Source: an uncultured Clostridia bacterium
Lineage (GTDB): Bacteria; Bacillota; Clostridia; Christensenellales; UBA3700
Direction: 5' to 3'
DNA length: 64,000 bases
NCBI GenBank assembly: GCA_945992255.1
Contig: CAMFVQ010000027.1
Coordinates: 24,026-88,025 of the forward strand
Part shown: piece by piece, positions 40,201 through 49,413 of the stretch
Position numbering within the stretch: position 1 is the stretch's first letter
Layout: each line of letters starts with the position of its first letter
Position numbers and translations under genes: made by a program
Notes under the pieces: generated by a model
Database searches by the model: none
What the model saw: only the letters and a program-made list of their open reading frames with translations
What the model was told of the DNA's origin: nothing

Positions 40201-40255
40201 CGAAGAGCAAGTAGATGAAATCAAACAAAAAGCAATAAATGGAGATGAAGAATGA
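37229..40255 (+). CDS. ftsK: DNA translocase FtsK/SpoIIIE
   Basis: N-terminal TM helices, a long Pro/Gln-rich linker, a motor domain with Walker A GASGAGKS, and a gamma (winged-helix) domain. An alternative SD-led GTG start at 37259 (AGGAG plus 6 nt) is plausible. Confidence 0.93.
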   Translation: MSKKFVQEKTVRKKEKTSTSRSNQIFNGLIIVGLFGLLFTILVGVFGKAGGYVKDFFVGVFGFSIYGICLAMVLVGVLMLCGWSSKNTKIGKKLCYIAIAALVIAMSHLALTRNINTLAYSKYLAECFKSAGTPAGWLGGVLLFPLGKLYVFSMVIMGLLLAGFVALAIVMNINYEIVFPSRAKKVNFFDKKQNKRAAQNVQDFEEEPTREMYNGTVSGRRLSDSFSKGHSGKPLEYIPLENMELGEEEEPTYFEEEQSLLVSPREVDERVDNKRQSALDFLYTQDEVYPRRRGEVDVSHTMSQIKGVTPNTLNIPSMPTENVQEQDNDTQTPKTNFDIDDKFKSYSTNYRSKQMLENMAIENGEPVFSDQEQNDFMKEIENALNNSLGGMNTNIEPESKIDEKPIEPIAHPTETPTNPTEQDQAKLDRAERLRILKEKQALRNAQKQAEQNVGNVGNEGNEVVETPYNMSYKSLDPRQNTTPPTPGQPVQPVRSTTPVVPVTPIVPAKPVEAPKPPRKITPYIPPSIDCLSDYDENIEVDNNYLQSLADILKDKMVDYGVNIEIVDIVKGPTFSRIEFEIDGPVGKITSRYSDISMWLGVESMRLEAPIPGKRYCGIEIPNKTRGTVGLKPIINSPEFNAKKDGLRFALGKDIDGNCYVSDICSFPHALVAGASGAGKSVCLNAMICSLLYKYSPEELRLILVDPKVVELNIYRDIPHLLIPQILSEEKKVINALKWAVDEMEKRYLLMTELSVANLKQYNDEVSESKTAEKLPYILIVIDEVGDIILSSVGKEFQQLIKKLAAKARAAGIHIILATQRPSVDVITGTIKSNLPTRIAFAVTSGVDSKTILDTVGAEKLLRYGDMLYKEAAKPHAVRVQGAFIHTKEVRKIVQEVKDKNTAYYDEEILNVINKEEEVPASDGDGEKKVSTFPDDLCPEALDFGLENGEVSISGMQRRFGLGFNRAGKIFDWMKSIGAIRVEGKKNLFTLTEEQVDEIKQKAINGDEE

Positions 40256-41574
40256 AAGTAGGTGTTATCTCACTAGGTTGTGACAAAAATAGAATAGATA
40301 CCGAAAATATGTTGGCATATCTTGTAGATGATGGCTTTGAGTTGACAGGTGAGCCAAGCGATGCGGACATTATTATTGTCAACACTTGCGGATTTATTGA
40401 CAGTGCCAAAGCTGAGGCCATTGATACTATCTTGGAAATGGCGGAGTATAAGAATGATAATTGTAAGTATTTGGTCGTAACTGGTTGTTTGTCCCAAAGA
40501 TATATGGATGAGCTAAAAGATGAAATGCCTGAGATAGATGTTTTCTTGGGTACGACTAGCTATCACAAGTTGCCTGAGATTTTGAAAAACTTGAAAAACA
40601 AGCACAAAGGCGAACAAATCTGTGTAAAAAATGATATCAATGACAGATATATTTCATCAAAAAGAGTGCTTACCACACCTGAGCATTTTGCTTATATCAA
40701 GATTGCGGAGGGCTGTTCTAACCATTGTACATATTGTGCTATTCCTAGCATAAGGGGCAAATTTACTTCTCGCCCAATCGAAGATATTGTGGCTGAAGCA
40801 AGTCAAATCGTGGCTGAAAACAACACTCAAGAGCTTATTTTGGTAGCACAAGATGTCAGCCGTTATGGCCTAGACTTGTATGGCGAAATAAGACTTATCG
40901 ACTTGCTCGAAGAATTGTCCAAACTCGATGTCAAATGGATTAGACTACTTTATTTGTATCCAGAGCTTATCACCGATGAACTTCTTGATTATATTGCAAA
41001 AAATCCAAAAATTTGTAAATATCTTGACATACCTTGTCAACATATAAGTGATATAATATTGAAAAGAATGAATCGCAGGGTTGATAAAAGGTACATTTAC
41101 AACTTAATTGACAGGATAAGAAGTCGAGGTGATTGGGCAATCAGATCAACATTTATTGTTGGTTTTCCTACCGAAAGTGAAGAAAACTTTGATGAACTTG
41201 TAGACTTTATCAAGTTTGCAAGGCTTGATAGATGTGGATTTTTCGCATATTCTTGCGAAGAAGGCACTCCAGCTAGCAGGCTAAATGGACAAATTGATGA
41301 TGAAACCAAGCAAGAAAGAGTGGAAAAACTCTATTCCATACAACAAAAAATCATGGAAGAAAAGCTCCAAGAGCGTGTTGGGCGTGTGGTAGAAGTAATT
41401 TATGAGGGCATTGATTATGACAGACAAATGTTCTTTGGTAGAAGCTCGTTCGATGCACCTGAGATTGATACACTTATCTATTTTACAAGTGATGAGCTTG
41501 TTGAAATAGGCAAAATATACAAAGTAAAAATATTATCCGTTGAGAACGGAGATAGCATAGGAGAATTAGTATGA
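40252..41574 (+). CDS. rimO: ribosomal protein S12 methylthiotransferase RimO
   Basis: UPF0004 N-terminal domain (ISLGCDKN), radical SAM motif CSNHCTYC, C-terminal TRAM domain. Confidence 0.88.
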   Translation: MKVGVISLGCDKNRIDTENMLAYLVDDGFELTGEPSDADIIIVNTCGFIDSAKAEAIDTILEMAEYKNDNCKYLVVTGCLSQRYMDELKDEMPEIDVFLGTTSYHKLPEILKNLKNKHKGEQICVKNDINDRYISSKRVLTTPEHFAYIKIAEGCSNHCTYCAIPSIRGKFTSRPIEDIVAEASQIVAENNTQELILVAQDVSRYGLDLYGEIRLIDLLEELSKLDVKWIRLLYLYPELITDELLDYIAKNPKICKYLDIPCQHISDIILKRMNRRVDKRYIYNLIDRIRSRGDWAIRSTFIVGFPTESEENFDELVDFIKFARLDRCGFFAYSCEEGTPASRLNGQIDDETKQERVEKLYSIQQKIMEEKLQERVGRVVEVIYEGIDYDRQMFFGRSSFDAPEIDTLIYFTSDELVEIGKIYKVKILSVENGDSIGELV

Positions 41575-42296
41575 ATTTGCCAACAAAAATAACGGTCGCA
41601 AGACTTGTACTTATTCCTGTTTTTGTCCTATTCTATTGCTTACAATCAGCATGGGACTATATGTTTATTTTCACTTGGCTAGTGTTCGTGGTGGCATCGG
41701 CTACCGATTATCTTGATGGACACCTAGCTCGCAAATACAACCTTATCACCAACCTTGGAAAGTTCCTCGACCCAATCGCTGACAAGGTGCTTGTAGTGGC
41801 AGGACTTTTTGTATTGGTGGACGGAAATTATTTGCCTATCCCATATTTTGGTCTTATTTGCGGAGTTATCATTCTTGCTAGAGAGCTTATTATCGGATTG
41901 TTTAGACAAATGGCAGCTTTGCAAGATTTTGTACTTGCAGCCGACAATCTAGGCAAAATCAAGACTGCATCTACCATGGTATCAATGGGATTTTTGCTCA
42001 TAGCTCCTGACTATATGCGCCATTATGGAATTTTCAAATTTCTTGCATGGGTGGGTACAATAGGATTTATTTTTGCAACAGTTATGACTGTGGTGAGTGG
42101 TCTAAACTATATTATCAAGAACAAAGCTATTTTGTCAGACCAAAAGAAAAGCGATGATGAAATTGTTATCGAGGGTGTCGTTCGCAACATTGCTGATGAG
42201 ATAAATTCTACTATTATCAACCAAAATAGCGACCAAGTAGGCGATGAAAATAAAGATGACTTGGACAAAAACAATACGGACAAAACAGAAGATTAA
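41571..42296 (+). CDS. pgsA: CDP-diacylglycerol--glycerol-3-phosphate 3-phosphatidyltransferase with an acidic C-terminal tail
   Basis: CDP-alcohol phosphatidyltransferase motif DYLDGHLARKYNLITNLGKFLDPIADK. About 55 extra C-terminal residues. Confidence 0.9.
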   Translation: MNLPTKITVARLVLIPVFVLFYCLQSAWDYMFIFTWLVFVVASATDYLDGHLARKYNLITNLGKFLDPIADKVLVVAGLFVLVDGNYLPIPYFGLICGVIILARELIIGLFRQMAALQDFVLAADNLGKIKTASTMVSMGFLLIAPDYMRHYGIFKFLAWVGTIGFIFATVMTVVSGLNYIIKNKAILSDQKKSDDEIVIEGVVRNIADEINSTIINQNSDQVGDENKDDLDKNNTDKTED

Positions 42297-42305
42297 GGAA
42301 AAATT

Positions 42306-43007
42306 ATGATAGATATTTACAAAAATTTATGTATAGTCAAAGCTATAAATATTGATAGCGAAGAGATAGACAAAGTTTGTGAGCTAGCTAGTGACAAATT
42401 GTTTATCACTTGCTCCAATGAAGGCATTGACTGGAAAATTGTGATAGAGAATGCCAAAGAAAGCCAAGAGAAATTCCAAGTTATAATCGACAACGTAAAG
42501 AGTATTTTGGGTGATAAGGTATACAGTGACAATGATGAAGAACTCGAAGATTGTGTGGTAAGACTTGCACTTACCAAAGGCAAGCGAGTTGTGGTGGCGG
42601 AGTCTTTGACAGGCGGTATGATTGCCAGCAGAATTGTCAATGTGGCAGGAAGTAGTTGCGTTCTCAACGAAGGTTTGGTGACTTATACCAATGCCTCCAA
42701 AGTGCGTAGATTGCATGTCAAGTTGTCCACGCTCCAACGCTATGGTGCGGTCAGCAGACAAACTGCCAAAGAAATGGTTGAGGGACTGCTTACCAATGAC
42801 AGCGATTTTGGCGTGGCAACCACAGGTTGTGCAGGTCCGTCAAGTGATGAAAATGACACTCCAATAGGACTTGCTTACATAGCAATTGCCGATCACAGCA
42901 ATATTGATGTACACGACGTCAATTTTGAGGGGGATCGCAACCAAATTAGAAAAAGTGTGACAGATATGGCATTGTATCTGCTGCTTGAAAAAATAAAAAA
43001 TAATTGA
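42306..43007 (+). CDS. cinA: CinA-family NMN deamidase (KH-like plus PncC domains, no N-terminal MoCF domain)
   Basis: VVVAESLTGGMIASRI and TGCAGP motifs of the CinA C-terminal domain. 233 aa. Sits upstream of recA. Confidence 0.8.
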   Translation: MIDIYKNLCIVKAINIDSEEIDKVCELASDKLFITCSNEGIDWKIVIENAKESQEKFQVIIDNVKSILGDKVYSDNDEELEDCVVRLALTKGKRVVVAESLTGGMIASRIVNVAGSSCVLNEGLVTYTNASKVRRLHVKLSTLQRYGAVSRQTAKEMVEGLLTNDSDFGVATTGCAGPSSDENDTPIGLAYIAIADHSNIDVHDVNFEGDRNQIRKSVTDMALYLLLEKIKNN

Positions 43008-43023
43008 TTGAGGAAGGTAAATT

Positions 43024-44043
43024 ATGGCAAAAGAAAAGAAAGAAGAAACCAAAGTAGAGTCAAAAGAAAGCTTGATTGAAGATGCTTTGGCAAAGATAGA
43101 AAAGCAATACGGCAAGGGTGCTATTATGAAGCTTGGCGATGAAGTTTTGGAACCAATCGAAGTAATCAGCACTGGCTGTTTGACACTCGATATGGCACTA
43201 GGAGTTGGCGGTCTGCCAAAGGGAAGAATTATCGAGATTTATGGACCTGAGTCATCTGGTAAAACCACCGTTGCTTTATCAGCTGTGGCAGAATGCCAAA
43301 AAGCTGGCGGTATAGCTGCATTCATCGATGCTGAGCATGCTCTTGACCCAATCTATGCCCAAAAACTTGGTGTAGATGTCAACAATCTTTATGTTTCCCA
43401 ACCAGATGATGCAGAGCAAGGACTTAACATTGCAGAAACATTGGTCAGAAGTAAATCAGTGGACATCGTAGTCATTGACTCAGTCGCTGCACTCACTCCA
43501 AGAGCGGAAATCGAGGGCGAAATGGGACAATCAACCATTGGACTTCAAGCTAGAATTATGTCGCAAGCTTTGCGTAAGCTTACTGCTATCATCAGCAAAA
43601 CCAACACTTGCTTGATTTTTATCAACCAACTTAGAGAAAAGGTAGGCGTTATGTTCGGCAACCCAGAAGTTACCCCAGGCGGTAAAGCGCTAAAATTCTA
43701 TTCTAGCGTTCGTATGGAAGTGCGTAAAGGCGATGCTATCAAAGACGGCGTAGAGTTCGTTGGCAACAAGGCAAAAGTGAAAATTGTCAAGAATAAAGTT
43801 GCTCCACCATTCAAGACTTGCGAGTTCGATATTTTGTTCGGCAAGGGTATCAGTGCGCTTGGCTGTATTGTTGATGTTGGTGTCAATACAGGTATTTTGA
43901 CCAAGAGCGGTTCTTGGATAAGCTACAATGATGAAAAAATAGGTCAAGGAAGAGAAAAAACTATCCTATACCTCGAAGATAATCCAGAAGTAGCCGAAGA
44001 AATCAAAAATAAAATCATGGAAAATGCAAGAGAAAATAAATAA
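43024..44043 (+). CDS. recA: recombinase RecA
   Basis: Walker [10 protein letters not shown]. 339 aa. Confidence 0.98.
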   Translation: MAKEKKEETKVESKESLIEDALAKIEKQYGKGAIMKLGDEVLEPIEVISTGCLTLDMALGVGGLPKGRIIEIYGPESSGKTTVALSAVAECQKAGGIAAFIDAEHALDPIYAQKLGVDVNNLYVSQPDDAEQGLNIAETLVRSKSVDIVVIDSVAALTPRAEIEGEMGQSTIGLQARIMSQALRKLTAIISKTNTCLIFINQLREKVGVMFGNPEVTPGGKALKFYSSVRMEVRKGDAIKDGVEFVGNKAKVKIVKNKVAPPFKTCEFDILFGKGISALGCIVDVGVNTGILTKSGSWISYNDEKIGQGREKTILYLEDNPEVAEEIKNKIMENARENK

Positions 44044-44130
44044 CTATTGACTTTGGTCTATTATTTATATATAATATTTTTGTGCAATAATGCACTATGT
44101 AACTTTACAATTGAATATCAGGAGGTTAAT

Positions 44131-45732
44131 ATGACAACTACTTTTAGTTGCTTCAACTTACTTCTTGGGGTATCAGCAGGCGGTGTTGTCGGCATTGCAA
44201 TCGGCATGATTGTAGTTGGTGTGGCAATAGGATTGCTTAGTTATAGATTCGTTGCTCGTCGTATGGTGGGCAGTGTTAAGCAAGAATGTGATCGTATCAG
44301 AGAAGAGGGTCGTGAAGACGCCAAATCGTATCTCAAAGAAGCAAAAATAGAAGCAAAAGAAGAACAACAAAGACTTCGTAGCGAATTTGAAAAAGAGTCT
44401 AAGGAAAGAAGAGCTGAAATCAGTCGTACCGAACAAAGACTTATTCAAAGAGAAGACTTTTTATCTAAGAAAGAAAATGCTATTGATCGCAAATCAGACA
44501 TTATTGATGAAAAGAAAAAACAACTCGAAGACAAAGAAAAAAAATTGGATAGCATTGAGGAAGAACTCAACAATGCTCATTCCAGAATGCTAGAGGAACT
44601 CGAAAAAGTAGCACAAATGACTCAAGCTGAAGCAAAGGATATTTTGCTCAATGAACTTATCGAAGACGTTAAGCGTGATGCGGCAGTTCAAGTTAAGGAA
44701 ATCGAACAAAAAGCCAAAGATGAGGCTGACAAAAAGGCAAAAGACATTGTCGGAATGGCTATCCAAAGATGTGCAGCTGACCATGCGTCAGAGTTTGCAG
44801 TATCTGTGGTAGAATTGCCAAGCGAGGATATGAAAGGCCGTTTGATTGGTAGAGTGGGTAGAAATATCCGTGCTATCGAGAACGCAACAGGCGTTGACCT
44901 AATCATTGATGACACACCAGATGTTGTTACATTGTCAGGTTTCGACCCAGTGAGAAGAGAAATTGCTCGTATCACTATCGAAAGACTCGTGTCCGATGGT
45001 CGTATCCACCCAGCTCGTATCGAGGAAACTGTCGAGAAAGTCAAGAAGGAAATCGGCGCTAAAATCAAAGAAGCAGGCGAAAATGCCGCATTTGATGCCA
45101 ATGTATATGGACTTCACCCAGAGATTATCAAGCTTTTGGGTAGACTAAATTATCGTACAAGTTATGGTCAAAACGTACTCAAACACTCACTTGAAGTGAG
45201 CTATCTTGCCGGAATGATGGCATCTGAACTTGGTGCTGATGTCAAGATTGCTAAGCGTGCCGGACTTTTGCACGATATTGGTAAGGCAGTTGACCACGAA
45301 GTTGAGGGTACTCACATATCTATCGGTGTAGAAATTGCTAAGAAATTCAAGGAAAACCAAGCGGTTATCCATGCGATTGAAGCTCACCATAACGATGTCG
45401 AGCCAAAGACAATCGAAGCAGTCATTGTTCAAGCAGCTGATGCTATATCAGGAGCAAGACCAGGCGCTAGAAGAGAATCACTAGAAAACTATGTCAAGAG
45501 ACTTGAAAAACTTGAAAATGTTGCCAACTCATTCGATGGAGTTGAACAATCATTTGCAATTCAAGCAGGTCGAGAAATTCGTGTTATGGTCAAACCTGAA
45601 AAGGTTGATGACAAGGCAACAACATTCCTAGCAAGAGATATTGCTAAGAAGATTGAAGCAGAACTCGAATATCCTGGACAAATTAAGGTAAATGTTATCC
45701 GTGAAATGAGACACGTAGAATACGCAAAATAA
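44131..45732 (+). CDS. rny: ribonuclease Y
   Basis: AGGAGG RBS before the ATG at 44131. N-terminal TM, coiled coil, KH domain, HD domain (LLHDIGK). The ORF-track upstream extension was rejected. Confidence 0.95.
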   Translation: MTTTFSCFNLLLGVSAGGVVGIAIGMIVVGVAIGLLSYRFVARRMVGSVKQECDRIREEGREDAKSYLKEAKIEAKEEQQRLRSEFEKESKERRAEISRTEQRLIQREDFLSKKENAIDRKSDIIDEKKKQLEDKEKKLDSIEEELNNAHSRMLEELEKVAQMTQAEAKDILLNELIEDVKRDAAVQVKEIEQKAKDEADKKAKDIVGMAIQRCAADHASEFAVSVVELPSEDMKGRLIGRVGRNIRAIENATGVDLIIDDTPDVVTLSGFDPVRREIARITIERLVSDGRIHPARIEETVEKVKKEIGAKIKEAGENAAFDANVYGLHPEIIKLLGRLNYRTSYGQNVLKHSLEVSYLAGMMASELGADVKIAKRAGLLHDIGKAVDHEVEGTHISIGVEIAKKFKENQAVIHAIEAHHNDVEPKTIEAVIVQAADAISGARPGARRESLENYVKRLEKLENVANSFDGVEQSFAIQAGREIRVMVKPEKVDDKATTFLARDIAKKIEAELEYPGQIKVNVIREMRHVEYAK

Positions 45733-45743
45733 CCTTGAATTTT

Positions 45744-45771
45744 TCGCCACCATTTGGTGGCGATTTTTTTT
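45744..45771 (+). terminator. intrinsic terminator after rny
   Basis: TCGCCACC-attt-GGTGGCGA followed by T8. Confidence 0.9.
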
Positions 45772-45782
45772 GCGTTTTGAAG

Positions 45783-45952
45783 ATGAAATGAAGCAAAGTT
45801 TTCTATGAGTGGAACAATTACATGATGTGTAAACGATATGCATAAATTGCAGTAAAATCATCTGAGAGAAAAGCGGTTGTGTTGTTGCCGAAATGTTATG
45901 CAGAAGTTGGAGCAAAGTCAACTGAGTAAAATGGTTGTGTTGCGTAAATATT
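45783..45952. repeat. three degenerate tandem repeat units of about 55-60 bp
   Basis: Units at 45783-45837, 45838-45897 and 45898-45952. The last two align at roughly three-quarters identity by eye (ATGCA.AA.TTG.AG.AAA.TCA.CTGAG...GGTTGTGTTG...AAAT.TT). Confidence 0.7.
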
Positions 45953-45980
45953 ATGATGAAAAAGTGGCGATATTCTATTG

Positions 45981-46592
45981 CTAGTAAAACAATATTTTCC
46001 AAACAAATGGCAGGATGATAGTGATTGAAAGTACCAAAATCAAAGCTAAAACATACAAAAACATTGCCATTTTTGCACTATTTTTGATAAGTTTTGGGCA
46101 GAAATTTATGCAACCTATACAATGATTGAATGTGAGATTGTAGACACTGATTGTGCTTGTCAAACATATAAATATAGCTATATAAGGTAGCCAAAACAAT
46201 ATGATAGACAACACAGCTGTATTGGTCGCAATGGATATGGAGGACATTATATCAAAGCCGATTTTGTAGCCATAATACAGAACTAAAATTGTTGATACAG
46301 ACATCAGGGCAGGATATGTGATAGAAAATATACTGATGATTGCCAATGGCAGTAGATAGAGTGCATATTTGAAAAAGGTCGAAAAATAGCCGTATTCGCC
46401 ACTTTTTAGTAAGCCGTACAAGTCGAAACAATCCTCAGAAGATGTGTTGCGAGCAACCAAAATGCCTATAACAATTCCAACAATAGCTGCAATCAAATTG
46501 GCAAGATAAATCCACCAATACGACTTGAAGTTGAAGTATAAGTGGATATTGTTTAGATAAAACTTGATTTTCGGCATTTTTTTGTTTGGCAT
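45981..46592 (-). CDS. polytopic membrane protein, SpoIIM-like (tentative)
   Basis: 203 aa with about 5 TM helices in a stage II sporulation protein M-like arrangement. Lies next to deoB, as spoIIM lies near drm in B. subtilis. No diagnostic motif was verified. Confidence 0.4.
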   Translation of the reverse strand: MPNKKMPKIKFYLNNIHLYFNFKSYWWIYLANLIAAIVGIVIGILVARNTSSEDCFDLYGLLKSGEYGYFSTFFKYALYLLPLAIISIFSITYPALMSVSTILVLYYGYKIGFDIMSSISIATNTAVLSIILFWLPYIAIFICLTSTISVYNLTFNHCIGCINFCPKLIKNSAKMAMFLYVLALILVLSITIILPFVWKILFY

Positions 46593-46813
46593 AGTATATT
46601 TTATGGAGTATATTTTCGATTATTCTTATCTAGTATTATATTTTAGAACATATACGAATAACAATTCTGAGTTTTATATATTACATTGTTATACAAATAG
46701 TGGCTTTTATTCATTTTATAAAATATTAGATAGTTGCCAACGTGTTATTATTTTGAGTATATTTGAGATTATGTTTTTTCTATCTTTTCAAATAGAAGAA
46801 TATAGTATATAAT

Positions 46814-47950
46814 ATGAGTATGAAAGCAATAGTTTTGGTATTAGATAGTTTTGGAATAGGCGGAGCAAGCGATGCGGCTGCTTTTGGTGACGAAGGCAGC
46901 AATACTTATTCTGCAATAAGTGGCGGTATAAATGTAACAAATCTTGTCCGAATGGGACTAAATAACATTGACAATGTTTCGGTGTTGCCAAAATGCGACA
47001 ATCCGATTGCAAGTTTTGGCAGAATGGTTGAAAAATCAGTTGGAAAAGACACCACAACGGGGCATTTTGAGCTTATGGGAATGGTGACTAGCCGACCTTA
47101 TCCGACCTATCCTGATGGTTTTGATGAAGGCATAATCGCTCAATTGACCAAAGCATGGGGCGTGGGCGGTATTCTTGGCAACAAATCAGCTAGTGGTACT
47201 CAAATCATAGAAGAGCTGGGAGATGAGCATTTGAAGAGCGGATATCCAATTGTGTATACTTCAGCCGACAGTGTACTTCAAATTGCTTGCCACGACAGCA
47301 TTTATCCTATCGAAAAATTGTACGATATGTGCAAGATTGCTCGTCGTATTATGTGTGGTGAAAACAATGTTGCACGCATAATCGCTCGCCCATTTTCGAC
47401 CAATGCAAAAGGCGAATTTTACCGCACGGCAGATAGAAAAGATTTTGGACTTGTCCCTATCCAAAAGACAACACTCAACAAGTTGCAAGAGAGTGAAGTA
47501 CAAACAATTGGGGTAGGAAAAATCAACGATATTTTCAGCGGATATGGCATCGATAAGCATGTCGTTGCTCATACCAATGAAGAAGTTATTACCGCAACTA
47601 TTGACACGATAAAACAAAATGACAATTGTTTTATATTCTCCAACTTAGTTGATTTTGATATGTTGTATGGTCACCGCAATGATGTTGTGGGGTATAGAAA
47701 ATGTTTGGAACACTTTGATAGAAGACTGCCTGAGATACTGGACGTATTGGAAAATGATGACTTGCTTATCATCACTGCAGACCATGGTTGTGACCCATCG
47801 ACACCTAGCACTGACCATTCGAGAGAGAATGTTCCTGTGCTTTTTTATCAAAAATCAATGGAAAATGTCGAGAATCTTGGTACAATAATTGGTTTTGATT
47901 GGGTAGGTAAAAAGATTGAAGAATTTTTCAAAATACACCAAATATCATAA
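46814..47950 (+). CDS. deoB: phosphopentomutase
   Basis: VLDSFGIGG...GDEGSNT metal-site N-terminus and TADHGCDP motif. Confidence 0.92.
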   Translation: MSMKAIVLVLDSFGIGGASDAAAFGDEGSNTYSAISGGINVTNLVRMGLNNIDNVSVLPKCDNPIASFGRMVEKSVGKDTTTGHFELMGMVTSRPYPTYPDGFDEGIIAQLTKAWGVGGILGNKSASGTQIIEELGDEHLKSGYPIVYTSADSVLQIACHDSIYPIEKLYDMCKIARRIMCGENNVARIIARPFSTNAKGEFYRTADRKDFGLVPIQKTTLNKLQESEVQTIGVGKINDIFSGYGIDKHVVAHTNEEVITATIDTIKQNDNCFIFSNLVDFDMLYGHRNDVVGYRKCLEHFDRRLPEILDVLENDDLLIITADHGCDPSTPSTDHSRENVPVLFYQKSMENVENLGTIIGFDWVGKKIEEFFKIHQIS

Positions 47951-48062
47951 ATATCGATTATAAAAATCTATTTATTATTCCCAAATAAGCAATAAATTAG
48001 AATAAAATTCTTGCATAATACTTTTCCACAGGCACACACTAACAAAAATGGTGAGGTGAAAA

Positions 48063-49229
48063 ATGAAGAAGATTTTGTGGAGCATTGCTTTGTTGTCACT
48101 TATATGTTTGCTCAGTATATTGCCAACATTTTGTTTGCCTAGCAATATGGAACAAGCAAAAATCGAGCAAGGTATGAGTCAAAAGAGTTTTAGCAAATTT
48201 TTATCGGATTTTGATAGCGGACTAGAATTGTACAGCTACAATCCTGATGAAAAACACGAGATTGCAAGTATGGTTAAAATTATGACTGCCAACATTGTTT
48301 TGGAAGAAATTGAAAACGGCAATCTAAGACTTGATGAAAAAGTTGTCATCAGCCAAAACTCCCAATCTATGGGTGGAAGTCAAATGTTCCTAGAAGCAGG
48401 TGATGAGTATACCGTATCTGACCTACTCAAAGGCATTGTTGTGGTGTCGGCAAATGATGCAAGTGTTGCGATGGCGGAGAGAATATCAGGTTCTCATGAG
48501 ACTTTTGTTCAAAAGATGAACGACAGAGCAAAAGAGCTTGGTATGCACAATACTTTGTTTTGTTCTTCCACTGGACTTCCAAGCGACAAAGAGCAATATA
48601 GCACGGCTCGTGATGTCAATATTATGACAAGGGCTTTGATGAAGCACGACTTGTACTTTAAGTATGCAAGTATCACCCTCGAGGACTATCATCACCCTGA
48701 TGGCAGAGTGACCCAATTCGTCAACACCAACAAGCTTATGAGGCAATATCCGTATTGCAAAGGTGGTAAGACTGGCTTTACTTCCAAGGCAGGTTTTTGT
48801 TTGTCGGCAATGGCGACCAAGGACAATTTATCTGTAGTGTCAACAGCTATTGGTTGCGATGAAAGTGTGACAAGATTCGAGCAAGTCAAAGGTATGTTTG
48901 AGTATGCTTTTGCTCATTATTCCAGCCAAATTGTTTGCAAAAGTGGTGAAAAATATAAAGAAATCGAGGTCAAAAACAGCCCAATAAAGAGTGCTCAAAT
49001 CACACCTAAGTATGATGTTTATATGTTGTGCAAGGACAACAAGCCGCTAGGAAAAGTAAGTGAAAATATCCCTGTGGCTGTCAAAGCGCCGTTTGCAAAA
49101 GGCGACAACATAGCTAGTATTGATATTGAGATAGGTGATATCAAGCGTAGCGTACCGCTCGTTGCTATGATAGATGCACCAAAGTCGAAGTTCTGGGATT
49201 ATTTCAAGGACTTGTCGCAAAGCTGGTAA
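48063..49229 (+). CDS. D-alanyl-D-alanine carboxypeptidase (S11, DacF-like by position)
   Basis: Signal peptide. SxxK (SMVK), SxN (SAND) and KTG (GKTGFT) motifs. Confidence 0.88.
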   Translation: MKKILWSIALLSLICLLSILPTFCLPSNMEQAKIEQGMSQKSFSKFLSDFDSGLELYSYNPDEKHEIASMVKIMTANIVLEEIENGNLRLDEKVVISQNSQSMGGSQMFLEAGDEYTVSDLLKGIVVVSANDASVAMAERISGSHETFVQKMNDRAKELGMHNTLFCSSTGLPSDKEQYSTARDVNIMTRALMKHDLYFKYASITLEDYHHPDGRVTQFVNTNKLMRQYPYCKGGKTGFTSKAGFCLSAMATKDNLSVVSTAIGCDESVTRFEQVKGMFEYAFAHYSSQIVCKSGEKYKEIEVKNSPIKSAQITPKYDVYMLCKDNKPLGKVSENIPVAVKAPFAKGDNIASIDIEIGDIKRSVPLVAMIDAPKSKFWDYFKDLSQSW

Positions 49230-49320
49230 ATGCTGTTCGACAAAAATCTCAAAAAATAGCGATGATTGAATATATAGAATGTTGATATAATAGCGATATT
49301 TTATGCAAAATTTTTGTAAG

Positions 49321-49353
49321 AAGACCACATAATTTTGTGGTCTTTGTCTTATT
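49321..49353 (+). terminator. intrinsic terminator after the dac gene
   Basis: AAGACCACA-taatttt-TGTGGTCTT followed by TGTCTTATT. Confidence 0.65.
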
Positions 49354-49356
49354 ATA

Positions 49357-49385
49357 TTGACTTTATTATTATAATTTGATAATAT
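49357..49385 (+). promoter_or_regulatory. sigma-A-type promoter for lysA
   Basis: TTGACT, 17 nt, TAATAT. Confidence 0.5.
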
Positions 49386-49413
49386 TTTATAGACTAATAC
49401 ATAGGAGTATGTT

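Noticed and set aside
45898-45984. 28-codon plus-strand ORF (MQKLEQSQLSKMVVLRKYYDEKVAIFYC) within the 45.8-kb repeat
   Set aside because: It has no SD. Sister repeat units are interrupted by stops after 2-6 codons, and it runs into the 3' end of the convergent minus-strand gene.
49230-49413. Possible lysine (L-box) riboswitch upstream of lysA
   Set aside because: Only about 60 nt lie between the upstream terminator/promoter and the lysA RBS, which is far shorter than an L-box. No conserved L-box helices were recognised.
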